Below, piece after piece: positions 35,115 to 47,110 of a DNA stretch of 64,000 bases. Both the position numbers and the translations under genes were made by a program. Origin of the DNA: Chiloscyllium plagiosum. Its lineage: Eukaryota. The stretch covers positions 66,287,351 through 66,351,350 of the forward strand of contig NC_057718.1 of the NCBI RefSeq assembly GCF_004010195.1, written 5' to 3'. Every line of letters starts with the position of its first letter. The first letter of the stretch is position 1. The notes under the pieces are model-generated. The model saw only the letters and a program-made list of their open reading frames with translations. It did no database searches and was not told the origin of the DNA.

Positions 35115-35475
35115 GAATGGCACAGTGGCTCTGTGGATATCACCACTGCCTCACAGGGCCAGGAACCCGGGTTTGAGTCCACCCTCAGACAAATGTCTCT
35201 GTGGAGTTTGCACATTCTCCCCATCTTTCTGTGGGTTTCCTCTGGGTGATCTAGTTTCCTCCCACGGTCCAAATGTATGCAGGTTGGGTGGATTGGTAAT
35301 GCTAAATTGTCCCTGGTGTCCAGGGATGTGCAGGTTAGGTGGATTAGACATGGGAAATGCAGAGTTACAGGGATAGGGTGAGGGGGATGGATCTGGGAGG
35401 GATGCTGTTCGGAGAGTTGGTGTGGACTTGATGATCTTAATGGTCTGCTTCCACACTGTATGGATTCAATGATCT
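35115..35475 (+). mobile_element. Older HE1-type V-SINE
   Basis: tggcacagtggct..cctcacag head, V-domain, HER1-like tail cttccacactgta. Confidence 0.88.
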
Positions 35476-35519
35476 ACCTTACTTAGAGAACTGTTTGTTT
35501 TAGTCTTGGATATTCTGAA

Positions 35520-37205
35520 TGTAAAAGGATAGCTGAGGGAAGAGTAGGATCCATTAGGACCATAGTGGTAACTTGTTTGCGATGTTGGAGGACGTGGCTA
35601 GAGTTCTCAATGGACATTTCTGTTGGTGCTCACAAGGGGGAGAGAGATAATACTGCTTTTAAAATGAGGGAGACAGACTGTGACAGACAATTGAAGAATT
35701 TGGCATATACAGGAAGGAGGTTAAGAGTTGTCTGGCAGCCTTAAAAGTAGATAAATGTACAGAACTGGATGAAATGTATCCTAGGCTTTTGAGTGAGGCA
35801 CTGGAGGCTAGCAATAATTTTCAGTTCCCCTCTATCTGCACGGGAGGTGACAGACTTGGAGGACAGCCAATGTGGTACTCTTAATAATGAAGGGAGCAAA
35901 GGGTAAACCAGAAAACTACAGACCAGTCAGTCAAATCTGTGTTTGGGAAACCATTTGGAAGCAATTTTGAGGGACAGAATTAATTTGCTTTTGGAGAGAC
36001 AGTGATTTAGTCAAGAACAGTCAGCATGGTTTTGTTCAGGGGAGGTTATTCCGACAAACTTGATTCAAATTTGTTTTGAAAGGTGACCACAGCTACGTAG
36101 ATGAAGGCAATGCTTTTGATGTCATCACTTTGGACTTCAGGAAGGGATTTTGATAAGGTTCCTCATGGAAGACTGATAAAGTTAAGAACACATGAGATCC
36201 AAGGAAATTTGGCTAATTGGATCCAGAATTGGCTGAGTGGCAGGAAGGAGGGGGTGATGTTTGCGGGGTCTTTGTGTTTGGAAACCTGTGTCTACTGGTG
36301 TTCCACAAGAATTGATGTTGGGGCCCTTGCTACTTCTAGTACAAATGAATGATTTTAGGATTGGTCAGTAAGTTCATCAATATGAAAATTGGTGTATTGG
36401 CAAATAGTGTGGAGGATGACCTTAGATTACAGGAGACTGTAGATGGGCTGGTCAGAGATAAATGGAATTTGATGCAGATAAATGTGAGGTGGTGCACTTG
36501 GGCAAGACTAACAAGGCAAAGGAGTACATGCTGGATGCTTGGACTCTAGGAAGAACTGAGGATCAGGGAATCTGGGCATGCATCTGGTCCTGTAGTCTAA
36601 GTAGTATATGGGACACTTCCCTTTATTAACACAGCCATGGAGTTTGCGAGCAGGGAGGTTTTCCTGGAACTGTGGAAAATATTGGTTAGGTCACAGCCTA
36701 CAGTTTTGTGTGTAGTTCTGAAATCCACATCGGAGGGATGCAGTAGGACTGGAGAGGATGTAGAGGAGATTTACCTCTATGTTGCCTGGCTAATTTTAGT
36801 TATGAAAAAAGGTTAGACAGACTAGGAAGGATTTTCCCTGGAGCAGAGGAAATTGAGAAGGGACATGATTAAGGTGTATAAAATTATGAGGGACATAGAC
36901 AGGAAGGATCTCTTTGGAGAGATCAGTGACTTCGGCTGTGGGGGGTTTGGGGTCAGGATGTTCACAGGATGTGAGGAATAACATTTCTACCCAGCGAGTG
37001 AGAGAAATCTTCTGCCAGTAATGTTGGTAGAGGCAGAAACCTTCAACATTAAACAAGTGTTTAAATGCATATTTGCGATACCAAGTCATACAAGGTTATG
37101 GGGCAAATGCTGGGAAATGAGATTAGAATAGTTAGGCGCTTGTGTTTTTTGAATGACACAGACTTAACGGGCTGAAGGGCCTTTTTCTATGACATCTGAC
37201 TTTAC
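35520..37205 (+). mobile_element. Old CR1 LINE ORF2 portion
   Basis: DFDKVPHGRLIKL..IQGNLANWIQNWL (36101-36352); heavily frameshifted. Confidence 0.85.
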
Positions 37206-37649
37206 GACCCAGTCTCGACACCTCTCTTGATAAACAATTCTGCTCTTTTGTATTTTTAAATTCGGTACTGCTTTGAATATTTTCCAATGACTGATATTAA
37301 GCTAACTGTCCTACAGTTATCTATTTTCTTGTCTCTCTTTTTGATTAAGATTGTTACATTGGTAGTTTTCCAATACTCTGGGAATTTATGAATTCTTCAT
37401 CTCTGTGGCTACTTCCTCTGCTATCTCAGGATGCAACCTTTAGGCTGAGGGGACTTACTGGCCTTTAGGCCCATTAGTATCCTTAGTACTTTTTCTCTAG
37501 TGATAATTATTGTTTCATATCCTCTTTCCCCACCTCCCCCCGCCCTTCCCCTTGATTGTAAATTTTTGAATGCTTGTTAATGTCTTTTGTTGAAACTGAA
37601 GAAAATTATGCAATGTAATTCCTCTCCCATTTCTTTTACTTCCCGCTAG

Positions 37650-38372
37650 TGTTATGGACTGGACAAGACCAGACCAGAACCCAAGCTCCAATATTGTAAA
37701 GAGATAGCCTAGGCCCTAACTTCTATATTTATTTAAAGACAAGTGTAAAATGCTGTGATCCAGATTTGATTTGATTAGTCCACTACTAGGCTTTAATCAA
37801 AACACCTTATTCTTGCAACACAATTAAAATATGAACAAAAATTGGTATGACCGTGACCCTATTGAAATACTTAACAAGATAATATATTATCTAACCATTA
37901 ATCATCAACTGTTCAAATGTAGGCATTTGGGAAGCAGAGGTTTGGTTCCATTTATTTATTTATTACACACCTTTTAGCAAAAATGCAATTCAGCAAAAGT
38001 GCTAGGATTCTCACATGCTGTCTTTCTCCAGTCCAGAAGAAAGAAACAACCTTCCCCTTTTTTGATTTTTAAGAATAAGTCTTGCTGTCTAAGACTCTAG
38101 CAACAGAGAACTTGAGCCTTTAGCTTCAGTATCCAGCAGAAAACTTTTCACTAACTGACAGCAAAAATAAAAGTTTTCCTGGGTTTGAGTCCTGACCCTG
38201 CTCCCTCATGATTCTTTTGTCTCTTTTGTTTTAAAGAAAACACCCAGTGAAAACTCAAAAGCTGTTCACCAACCACCTGTCCGAAAGAGACATTCCGGAA
38301 ACACTGTGGTAATCCCCTGTACGAGAGAAACAGTGCAGAACGTGTTTCTCTGAAATTCATGGTTCTGTCACA
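37650..38372. mobile_element. Solo LTR (723 bp, Gypsy-like) inside a decayed minus-strand CR1 (about 37210-38520)
   Basis: TGTTATGG...TGTCACA termini; 4-bp TSD ctag (37646-37649) / ccag (38373-38376). Confidence 0.7.
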
Positions 38373-38914
38373 CCAGCTTCTTTAATGTCAATGTTCATCT
38401 TGTCTTCTGTTCCATTTTATATATTAAATAAGTTCTTATTTCTGTGTTTATGTTACTTGGTAGTCATTTCATTTTATTTTCTCCTTTCTTATGTTATTGC
38501 TTGGCTTTTAAGACCTCCTCAGTGTATAGTAATCCCATGTAATATTACTTTGTTTTAATATTAGTTAAAAGTAGTTTTCCACTGGCCCCTCCATTCCCTA
38601 TCTCACTCTCCTGTGCTGTTTTTCTGTCTTGTGACTCTGTAACCTAACCTAATCAACACAGTTGTTTTTGATTTGTTGACTTGTAGCTTCTATTTCCTGG
38701 TTTACATTTTTGCTTTCTGAAAATGTGTAGTGATTTAGTGGAAGTCCATATACCGTAGATGTGCTGACCAAGAAATGAGCCCGTTAAATTCACTTGCTGA
38801 CCACCTTGGGAAGCAGAGGTTTGGTTCCATTTATTTATTACAGTACCCATGCATGGGATGTATGGTCAATGCAAAACAATGAAAGTGTCAAATATTCCCT
38901 TGATCCCCTTTCAG

Positions 38915-39018
38915 CAGATTCTGTTTCCTGAGATCAGAAGTGAGGATCTTCAAATAAAAGAACCATATAATCTTGTATGGAAAACAGACCTGCACACTTG
39001 TGTCTTCAGGGACCCATG
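38915..39018 (+). CDS. Candidate exon (QILFPEIRSEDLQIKEPYNLVWKTDLHTCVFRDP..)
   Basis: Acceptor gatcccctttcag (NAGNAG), donor tg|gtgagg, open in phase 0 and so compatible with the 29278 exon. Confidence 0.35.
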
Positions 39019-39654
39019 GTGAGGGTGGATAAAGAGAACTGATTTCCTTTGCACGTAAACTCTAGCATAAAGTGCTGATGGGAATTTTTCAAAGTTGTTT
39101 CTTTTAGTACATTGTGTATGGCAAAATAAAGTTTGTGAAAATGCATGGGACCTCCCCAATTGCCTGTTGTTACTCCTGCACAAGATTCCTCGAAGCATTG
39201 CAGAAATTGTGTAACAGGGTTTATGCTTTTTTTATTTAAACAAAAGCATTGCTTCCAATTTTGAGGTTTTGCAGATCTTCCGTCAATTGTTTGGCAGACA
39301 ATCAGGAGAAACCATTTAAATATCCATTTACACTGAGGGCTGATTGTTCCAGCTCCAGGTACTTAAAGCAAAACATTTGTAACTTTAAATTAAAAAAGTA
39401 TAAACATGACTAGCATTACAATTGTAATGGTTCTGGTCAAAACTGCATCCGGAAAGATTACAGTGCAAACGTGGTGCTAAATGCAATATTCTGATTTGAA
39501 AACTGCTGGTGCTACATTCTCTGCCAACTGAATGAGTTAAAATTGTTTGTAATTTTCACTTTGACTGAAATGCTGAAATGGGTGCACATTCCCTGCCTAG
39601 CAGGGGATTTTGCTTTGGGATTCATGAGACTGTTGTGCTGTAAGCATATTTGAA

Positions 39655-39765
39655 ATATGGTGTGGTGTAAAGATAACAATTTCTCCCTCAATGTCATCAA
39701 AACTAAAGAGTTGATCATTGAATTCGGGAAGCAAGGAGGAAGGCACACCCTTATCCACATCAGCA
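39655..39765 (+). mobile_element. Rex1/Babar LINE fragment (upstream part of a split element)
   Basis: Translates WCKDNNFSLNVIKTKELIIEFGK. Confidence 0.75.
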
Positions 39766-40363
39766 ATGCTTTGAAAGCTAGTGCTTCAAATAAACCTGCT
39801 GCTCTATAACCTGGTGTGTGATTTTTAACTTTGATCACAGTATGGTTGAATTTAAAATACAAATGCAGTGTGGGAAGGTAAAATCTAATACCAGTACCTT
39901 GTGCTTAAATAAAGGAGACTACAATGGAATGAGGGAGGAGTTGGCTACAGTAGACTGGGAGCAAAGACTATATATGGTGAGACAATTGAGGAACAGCGGA
40001 GGACTTGCAAAGCAATTTTTCAGTGCTCAGCAGAAGTGTATACCAATGAAAAGGAAGGACTGGAGGAAAAGGGATAATCAGCCATGGATAACTAAGGAAA
40101 TAAAGGAGGGTATCTAATTGAAAGCTAATGTATACAAAGTGGCAAAGGTTAGTGGGAAACTAGAGGATTTGGGAAATGTTTAAAGGTCAACAGAAAGCCA
40201 TGAGAAAAGATATAAAGCAAGATAGATTGAGGGTATCATAGCTCAGAATATAAAAAGCACAGATTGAACATTTCTGCAAATATAAAAAAAGAAAGAGTGG
40301 CTAAGGTCCTTTTAGAGGATGAGAAGAGGGATTTAATAATTCGAGATGAGCAAATGGCCGAAA

Positions 40364-40842
40364 CGGGCGGCACGGTGGCACAGTGGTTAGCACTGTTGCC
40401 TCACAGCGCCAGAGACCCGGTTCAATTCCCATCGGCTCATTATCACTAAAGAGGTAGTGTTGGATAAACTAATGGGACTAAAGTTAGATAAGTCTTGTGG
40501 CCCTGATAGAATGCATCCCAGGGTACTTAGCAATCGTGGGGGAAATAGCAAATGCGCTTGTGGTAATTTAACAAAATTTGCTGCAGTCTTGAGGTGGGAA
40601 ACCGTCTGTGTGGAGTTTGCACATTCTCTCCCTGTGTCTGCGTGGGTTTCCTCCGGGTGCTCCGGTTTCCTACCGCAATCCAAAGATGTGCAGGTTTGGT
40701 GAATTGGCCATGGTAAATTGCCCGTAGTGTTAGGTGAAGGGGTAAATGTAGGGGAATGGGTCTGGGTGGGTTTGCTTTTCGGAGGGTTGGTGTGGACTTG
40801 TTGGGCTGAAGGGCCTGTTTCCACACTGTAACTTATCTAATA
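40364..40842 (+). mobile_element. HE1-type SINE split by a locally copied ~158-bp insert
   Basis: Head 40364-40431; V-domain and tail from about 40601. Confidence 0.9.
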
Positions 40843-40939
40843 TGTCGAACAGGTATTTTGTATTGTTCTTCAGTGGAACATGCGAGTAAACATGCCATTA
40901 ATTGATGACAAGGAGGCTATGGCAGGTGAGGCCGACCTT

Positions 40940-41250
40940 GGGTGGCACGATGGCTCAGTGGTTAGCACTGCTGCCTCAGTGCCAGGGACCCAGATTCAAA
41001 TCTAGCCTCGGGCGACTGTGTGGAGTTTGCACGTTTTCCCCGTGTCTACATGGATTTCTTCGGGTGCTCCAGTTTCCTCCCACAATCCAAAGATGTGCAG
41101 GTCAGGTGAATTGGCCATTCTGAATTGCCCGTTGTATCAGATTCATTAGTCAGGGAGAGGAATGGGTCTGGGTGGGTTACTCTTTAGAGGATCGGTGTGG
41201 ACTTGTTGGGCCAAATAGCCTATTTCCATGCTGTAGGGAATCTAATCTAA
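40940..41250 (+). mobile_element. HE1-type SINE
   Basis: ggtggcacgatggctcagtggttagc head, V-domain, (aatct)n tail. Confidence 0.92.
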
Positions 41251-42789
41251 TCGCTCATTATCACTAAAGAGGTAGTGTTGGATAAACTGATGGGACTAAA
41301 GTTAGATAAGTTTTGTGGCCCTGATAGAATGCATCCCAGGGTACTAAAACAATCGTGGGGGAAATAGCAAATGCGCTTGTGGTAATTTAACAAAATTTGC
41401 TGCAGTCTTGATGGTTCTGGCAGATTGGAAAACAGAAAATGTGACATCACTTCTTAAAAGGGACAGACAAAGACAGGTAGCTGTAGACTCATTAACTTCT
41501 GTATTGAGAAAAATACTCGAATCTATAAGCAAGTAAGAAATAACAAAATATCTGGATAAAAATTGTCCCATCAGTCAGATGCAGCATGGGTTCATGAAAG
41601 ACAGGTCATGTTTAACAAATTTACTGGAATTCTTTGAGTGTGGTGGACAATGAGGAACCAGTGGATATAGTGTATCTGGATTTCCAGAAGGTGTTTGAAA
41701 AGACGCTGTACAAGATAAAGGTGCATGGCATTATGGGTAATGTATTAGCATGGATAAAAGATTGGTTAACTGATGGAAAGCAAACAGTGGGGATAAGTGA
41801 ATATTTTCTGGTTGGTGATGAGATGCTAGTGGTGTGTCTCAGGGATCAGAGTTAGGACCGCAATTGTTTACAATTTACTTAGATGATTTCGAATTGGAGA
41901 CCAAGTGTGTGTGTCAAAGTTTGCAGATGACACCAAGATGAGTGATAGAGCAAAGTGTACAGAAGACAAGGTCTGCAGAGGGGAATAGTTTAAGTGAGTG
42001 GGCAAAGGTTTGAGGTCATCTATTTTGGCAGGAATAACAACAAAATGGGCTATTATTTAAATGGTGAAAAATTGCAGCATGCTGCTTTGTAGAGATACCT
42101 GGATGTCCTTGTCCATGAATCTCAAAGTTGGTTTGCAAGTGCAACAGGTAATTAAGAAGGCAAATGGAATATTATCCTTCATTGCTAGGGGCATGGAGTT
42201 TAAAAACAGGGAGATTATGCTGCCCCTGTATAGTGCGCTGGTGAGGCTATACCTGAAGTACTATGTACAGTTTTGCTCTCCTTCATTCTGAAAGGATGTA
42301 CTGGCACTGGAAGGGATGCAGAGGAGGTTCACTAGGTTAATTTCAGAATTGAGAGGGAAGGCTTATGAAAGGAGATTTAAGTAGACTGGGACTATTGTCA
42401 TTGGGATTTAGAAAAACGAGGTGTGATCTTACAGAAACATATAGAATGATGAAAGGATAGATAAGGTAGAAGCAGGAAGGTTGTTTCCACTGGCAGGCGA
42501 AACTAGAATGAGGGGACATAGCCTCAAAATAAGGGTAAGCAGCTTCAGGAGTTTGAAGAGGAACTTCTTCACCCAAAGGGCTGTGTATCTGTGGAATTCC
42601 CAGCCCAGTGAAGCAGTTGAGGCTACCTTATTTTAATGTTTTTAAGGCAAAATAGATTTTTGAACAGTAAAGCAAGTAAAGGTTATGGTGAGCAGATGAG
42701 TAAGTTGTTCTGTGACCAGGAAAATATCAGCTGTGATCTCCTTGAATGGCGGAATGGGTTTTGATGGACCAGATAGCCTACTGCTCCAA

Positions 42790-43310
42790 TTCTAGAGTTC
42801 TAATAAAATTTGGCATGTCTATGAGGGTTGTTACCAACTTCTATAGATGCAAAACAGAAAACATTCTGTCTGGATGCATCACAGCTTGGTTTCATAACTG
42901 CTGTGCCCAGGACTGTAAGAAACTGAGAATTGTGAAGACAGTCCAGTCCATCATTCAAGCCAATCTTCCATCCATAGATTCCATTTATACTTCTCACTGC
43001 CTCAGAAAGGCAGTCGGCATCATTAAATACCCCTCCCATGCTGGTTATAATCTCTTCCAACTTCTCCTATCATGCAGAAGATAGAAAAGCTTAAACACCA
43101 GTACGACATGTTCAAGAACAGCTTCCCTGCTGTTAGATTTCTGAAAGGACCCCCCAGTTTCAGATCTAATGTTGGTCTTCATACACTACTTTGCAAGTGT
43201 AACTTTTTTTTTATTCCCTCACTCTATGATCTTTGTATAGTATGATCTGCCTGCCCTACATGCAAAATAAAAATTTTCTCAAAACCCAGATACAATGGAT
43301 GATGATAAAT
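42790..43310 (+). mobile_element. Rex1/Babar LINE 3' end
   Basis: TNFYRC..ENILSGCITAW..NC.AQD.KKL...HP motif in ORF 42746-43084. Confidence 0.82.
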
Positions 43311-45274
43311 CAAATCAATATGTTGATCAGTTATATTGGACTTGCACTGAATGTGAAACCAGGAATGATTTTGTTCTTACTGACAGCTTTCCACCCTTCA
43401 GGGCCCTTGCACCTGTGAAGCTGCTTTTCCAGGTTTCTTAAACTACTAACCCTGTACAAATTATCTTCCTCCTTCAATATTCAGGATTAAGTATGCCACA
43501 GAGTTCTTTTTAAAAGTAATTTGAGTTGAAGTTGCTTCTCCTGCCTCAACTCTAGAACACTTGCTCACAGTGAGGATTTAGGAAAGGAAAGTAGTGAGTG
43601 GGAATATTTGAACAAAATATTGATTAGAATGGGCCTATCCTGGTATCTCTGCACCATTGGGGCTCTTACATTCACAATCTCTGAGCTTTGGCAATGGATC
43701 ACATTGGATCGTGAACAGGCAGGCATGGTTAGAAGAGGAGATGGTGAGCAGCTGAGTCAGAGAACTGCAGAGGTCAGCATGGTTGGTTAGCAATAAGGAA
43801 GTGGAGAGAAGCTGAAAGTTAGAGGGTCAGCAAGGGTCTGCACCAGAAGTGGAATGTGTGGTGAACAGGATTGAAAGCAATCAGCAACAAGTAGAGAGTT
43901 ACCATATTTATTAAGTTTGAGTGTTTTGTTTTTGGATGTTATTTAATTTGCCAAAATAAGAATTTAGGAAAGTAACACGTTTCAACTTACAGGGCATTAA
44001 CGTTTTGATGCTTTTTTTTCTGGTGAGTAAAGGCTTTAAGAGCCTTGGTTTTGGTAGGGAAGTCTGATCATCATTATGGACACCTAAACCTCTCTCCTCA
44101 CCTGAGGGTAGGTGACCCTCTGGTTAAACCGCCACCACATCTGTTTGAGAGAGCAGCCCTATGGTCTGGTAAGACTATGGTGACTTTACTTTTACTCACT
44201 TTGTACTATTGCTTCAACTGAAATCATATCATTCATCATGGTGTAAGAACTAAATTGCTTTGTTTAGTTCAAACACTGTTTATGCCCAGTCATTAGGAGA
44301 ACGTTTTTTAAAGGTATTTATTAATTATTAAGCAGTTATGGTAAAACATTATAATGAAACATACAAATTGCTATCATTTCTCCCACCTCCAATCTCTTAT
44401 TATTTGGCGAGGTTTATGACATTGTTCTACAAACATGAATGCTAGTATTGCACTCCAAGATACCTCAAATCCTCCATGTATGCAGGCATTTTACATGTAA
44501 CCTGCCAAATATTTCATGTTTAATCTTTCTCGATGCCTTTTTTTTGGTTTTTTAGGCATTGCAAACCTTGAACAGTATTTCCAAGTACTCTGTCCCAACT
44601 ATTAACTTTGTGACATTTATCTAATCCCCATAAGTTCCTCTGTTCTAATAAAAATAACTCGAGTGTTTCAGGTTGTGTGTTTCTTCATTAAAAAGCTGCC
44701 TGTGAGACAAGCTATTCTCTATGGCTTTTCTGAAAAGTTTCCTCTCCAGATATGAAAGATTCAATGCTCTCTCAAATAAAAATAGCATTTTGGACCAATT
44801 CAACAGGTCTGCTAACACTGACTGAAGAGTGAGACAGAATCAATGTTTCAAGTCTAAAATGATTTTGTAAGAATTGAAAGGGGATGGAAAATGTCTTTTA
44901 TATTCTTGATGATGGAGGAGGAGCAACAGGAGTAGGCAAAGCAGCCCAGAGCAAAAGACAGAGTGTGTTATTGGAGAGATTAAAATATAAAATAGATCAA
45001 AATGTTAGGTGTGAAAAGCTTGAAACATTGCACCAGGTTCAGAACAGAAATGTTAGCATCAGAAAAAATATAAATTACTTCAATAAATTATTTGAATAGG
45101 AATATAGGAGGTATAGTTAATAGGTTTGCAGATGACACCAAAACTGGAGGTGTAGTGGACAGCAAAGTTACCTTGGATTACAACGGGATCTTGATCAGAT
45201 GGACCAATGGGCTGAGGAGTGGTAGCTGGAGTTTAATTTGGAAAAATGTGAGGTGCTGTATTTTGGGAAGTATT

Positions 45275-45955
45275 TATGTATATTTATTGCAAATACAATG
45301 AAAAGTGTTTCCTTAGTGTTATCTCTTCAGTGTCATCTTTAAATATAGAAAATAAACCAAACACACACACAAGAGAACGCCAGAAAAGTAAAACAGTAAC
45401 ATTCATCTTTACCTCCAAGTTAGGTGATCTGTTGGAACAGCACCCACTTCTAGCTCAGCCATGGGTCTGGATCCAAGCTTCTCCATCCCGGTGCCTCAAG
45501 TCCCTGCTGCTTCTATGTTGGCTCAATGTGAACTCATGGCATAACTGGAGGAGGTGAGATAGTACCGGAGATTGGTAACTTCTTTCCAGTTGTGACGTGG
45601 TGAAATGTGGTTGCAGACTACGTTACTACAACCATGCTTTGCCACGCTGCTGCTGGCAGAATGGCACCACTCTGGTGCCGTTGCACCTGCCACCATGAGT
45701 TCACACTGGGCAAATATTGCCAATGCTGGTGCCTCCGGGTCCTGCACTGATACCACCTCTGCCATCAGGCACCCAGAACTAGCTGCAGACCTGAAGCCTC
45801 TGCTCAGCCTGAGAGTCTGGATTAGGGAATTAAGCCTGAGACCTGCACACTCGCTGGGTCACCTCTAAGCTGGGATGGAGCCATATCTGTCTTGACCTGA
45901 TGTTGCTACTGGGCAGCTTCTCCATCATCATTTATTTGGCTACATTGCCATCTTT
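45275..45955 (-). mobile_element. Second non-autonomous element with Rex1-like tail, inserted at a CR1 fragment (45090-45270)
   Basis: tttattgc..tacaatgaaaagtg start, GC-rich body, ..gccatctt end. Confidence 0.45.
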
Positions 45956-46689
45956 GTATGCCATTCTGTGCAGGGCCCACTTTCACTGGATCAGAGATGG
46001 CAGCAACCATTTTCTGCTTGAGAACACTTATGGTCTTCTGGACTAAGTATTGAGTTCAACAATTTTAGGACTCGACTATCATCTCTCGCGTTTTTACCCC
46101 AACCCCACACACCAGGCCTGCCACTACACACAACCCATTGCTAACTACTAACAGTTCCCATTAGCAGCTGGTCATTCTCCCATGCTGACTTTTACCCAGT
46201 CCTTTGCATGACCAACTGTTTTTCTCCCTTTGGGCTCGAACTCCACGTAATATTTTCTCTTTAGTGACTCATCCCCATTCCCCCTCACTCCCAAAATCAT
46301 ATCCCGCTTGTGTGTTGTTGGTTTTACACTCAGCAGAGTCAATCCATTTTCTCCTTTTCACTAAACTTTTACACCGCAATCCAGTTGACTATCCACTGTC
46401 CATGAAAGAACTGAGACTCTGAGATAACCAACCTGAGTGAATTAATGTTTATGTTGATGTACTTGCCAAATATTCTGGCTTTGAAAGCTGTTCTGCACTC
46501 TGGTTTTGTTTTGTTGCCCAGCATTGTTTTGACATTTCATGAACTGAATGTCAACCGATATCCAGTGGTCTTTAATTTTTTTCTGTTTTAATCACGATGA
46601 ATGAATGGTCAGCCAAGACCTGTAGTCGGGCAAATGCAAAAAGAACATATGTGTTTGAGGTTCTTTTTCTTCCCCTCCTTTGACTGGAG

Positions 46690-47110
46690 AAAGCAGTGCT
46701 GCACCAGGAACCAGGTCTGCTTTATTGCTTCAGAAGGATATAGACTCCACATCCGCAGCAATCTCTGGCATTTGGCTGTTGCTGACACCACATGCCTCCA
46801 GGCTTGAGACTGAAGGCTGCCAATAGCATCCTTTGCCAGTCCCTATTGCTAGTTCTTCTTTCCCACATGGCTTGATATGTTGTCATTCTGATGGATAACT
46901 TGTTGAGGAATTTGCACATTGAGTATATTTGTATGGAGTGGAATTTGTGGAGAGGGTGTGGAGCACTCCCATGACCAAGGCTATCCTAATGTAAGATATA
47001 CCTTTTTAGAAGTGGAGCAGCTGGAAGGATATAGGTTTAATTTTGGAATTGTCCTCCCAAGATGAGCTGCTAAGCAGGCTGTTCTTTTGATATCGCCATC
47101 TAACCTGATT
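46690..47110 (-). mobile_element. Possible very old RTE-like LINE 3' fragment
   Basis: Minus frame CK......I......WE..T.NR..WQ resembles an RTE C-terminus; weak. Confidence 0.3.

Larger units (their letters stand above)
39830..42790 (+). mobile_element. CR1 LINE (about 3 kb including two SINE insertions)
   Basis: DHSMVEF..NKGDY..MR (39818-40117), VDIVYLDFQK, LVRLYLKYYVQF; 3' UTR to about 42790. Confidence 0.9.

Noticed and set aside
43298..43352. C/D-box snoRNA-like ATGATGA...CTGA
   Set aside because: Too short, no terminal stem, and overlaps the Rex1 tail.
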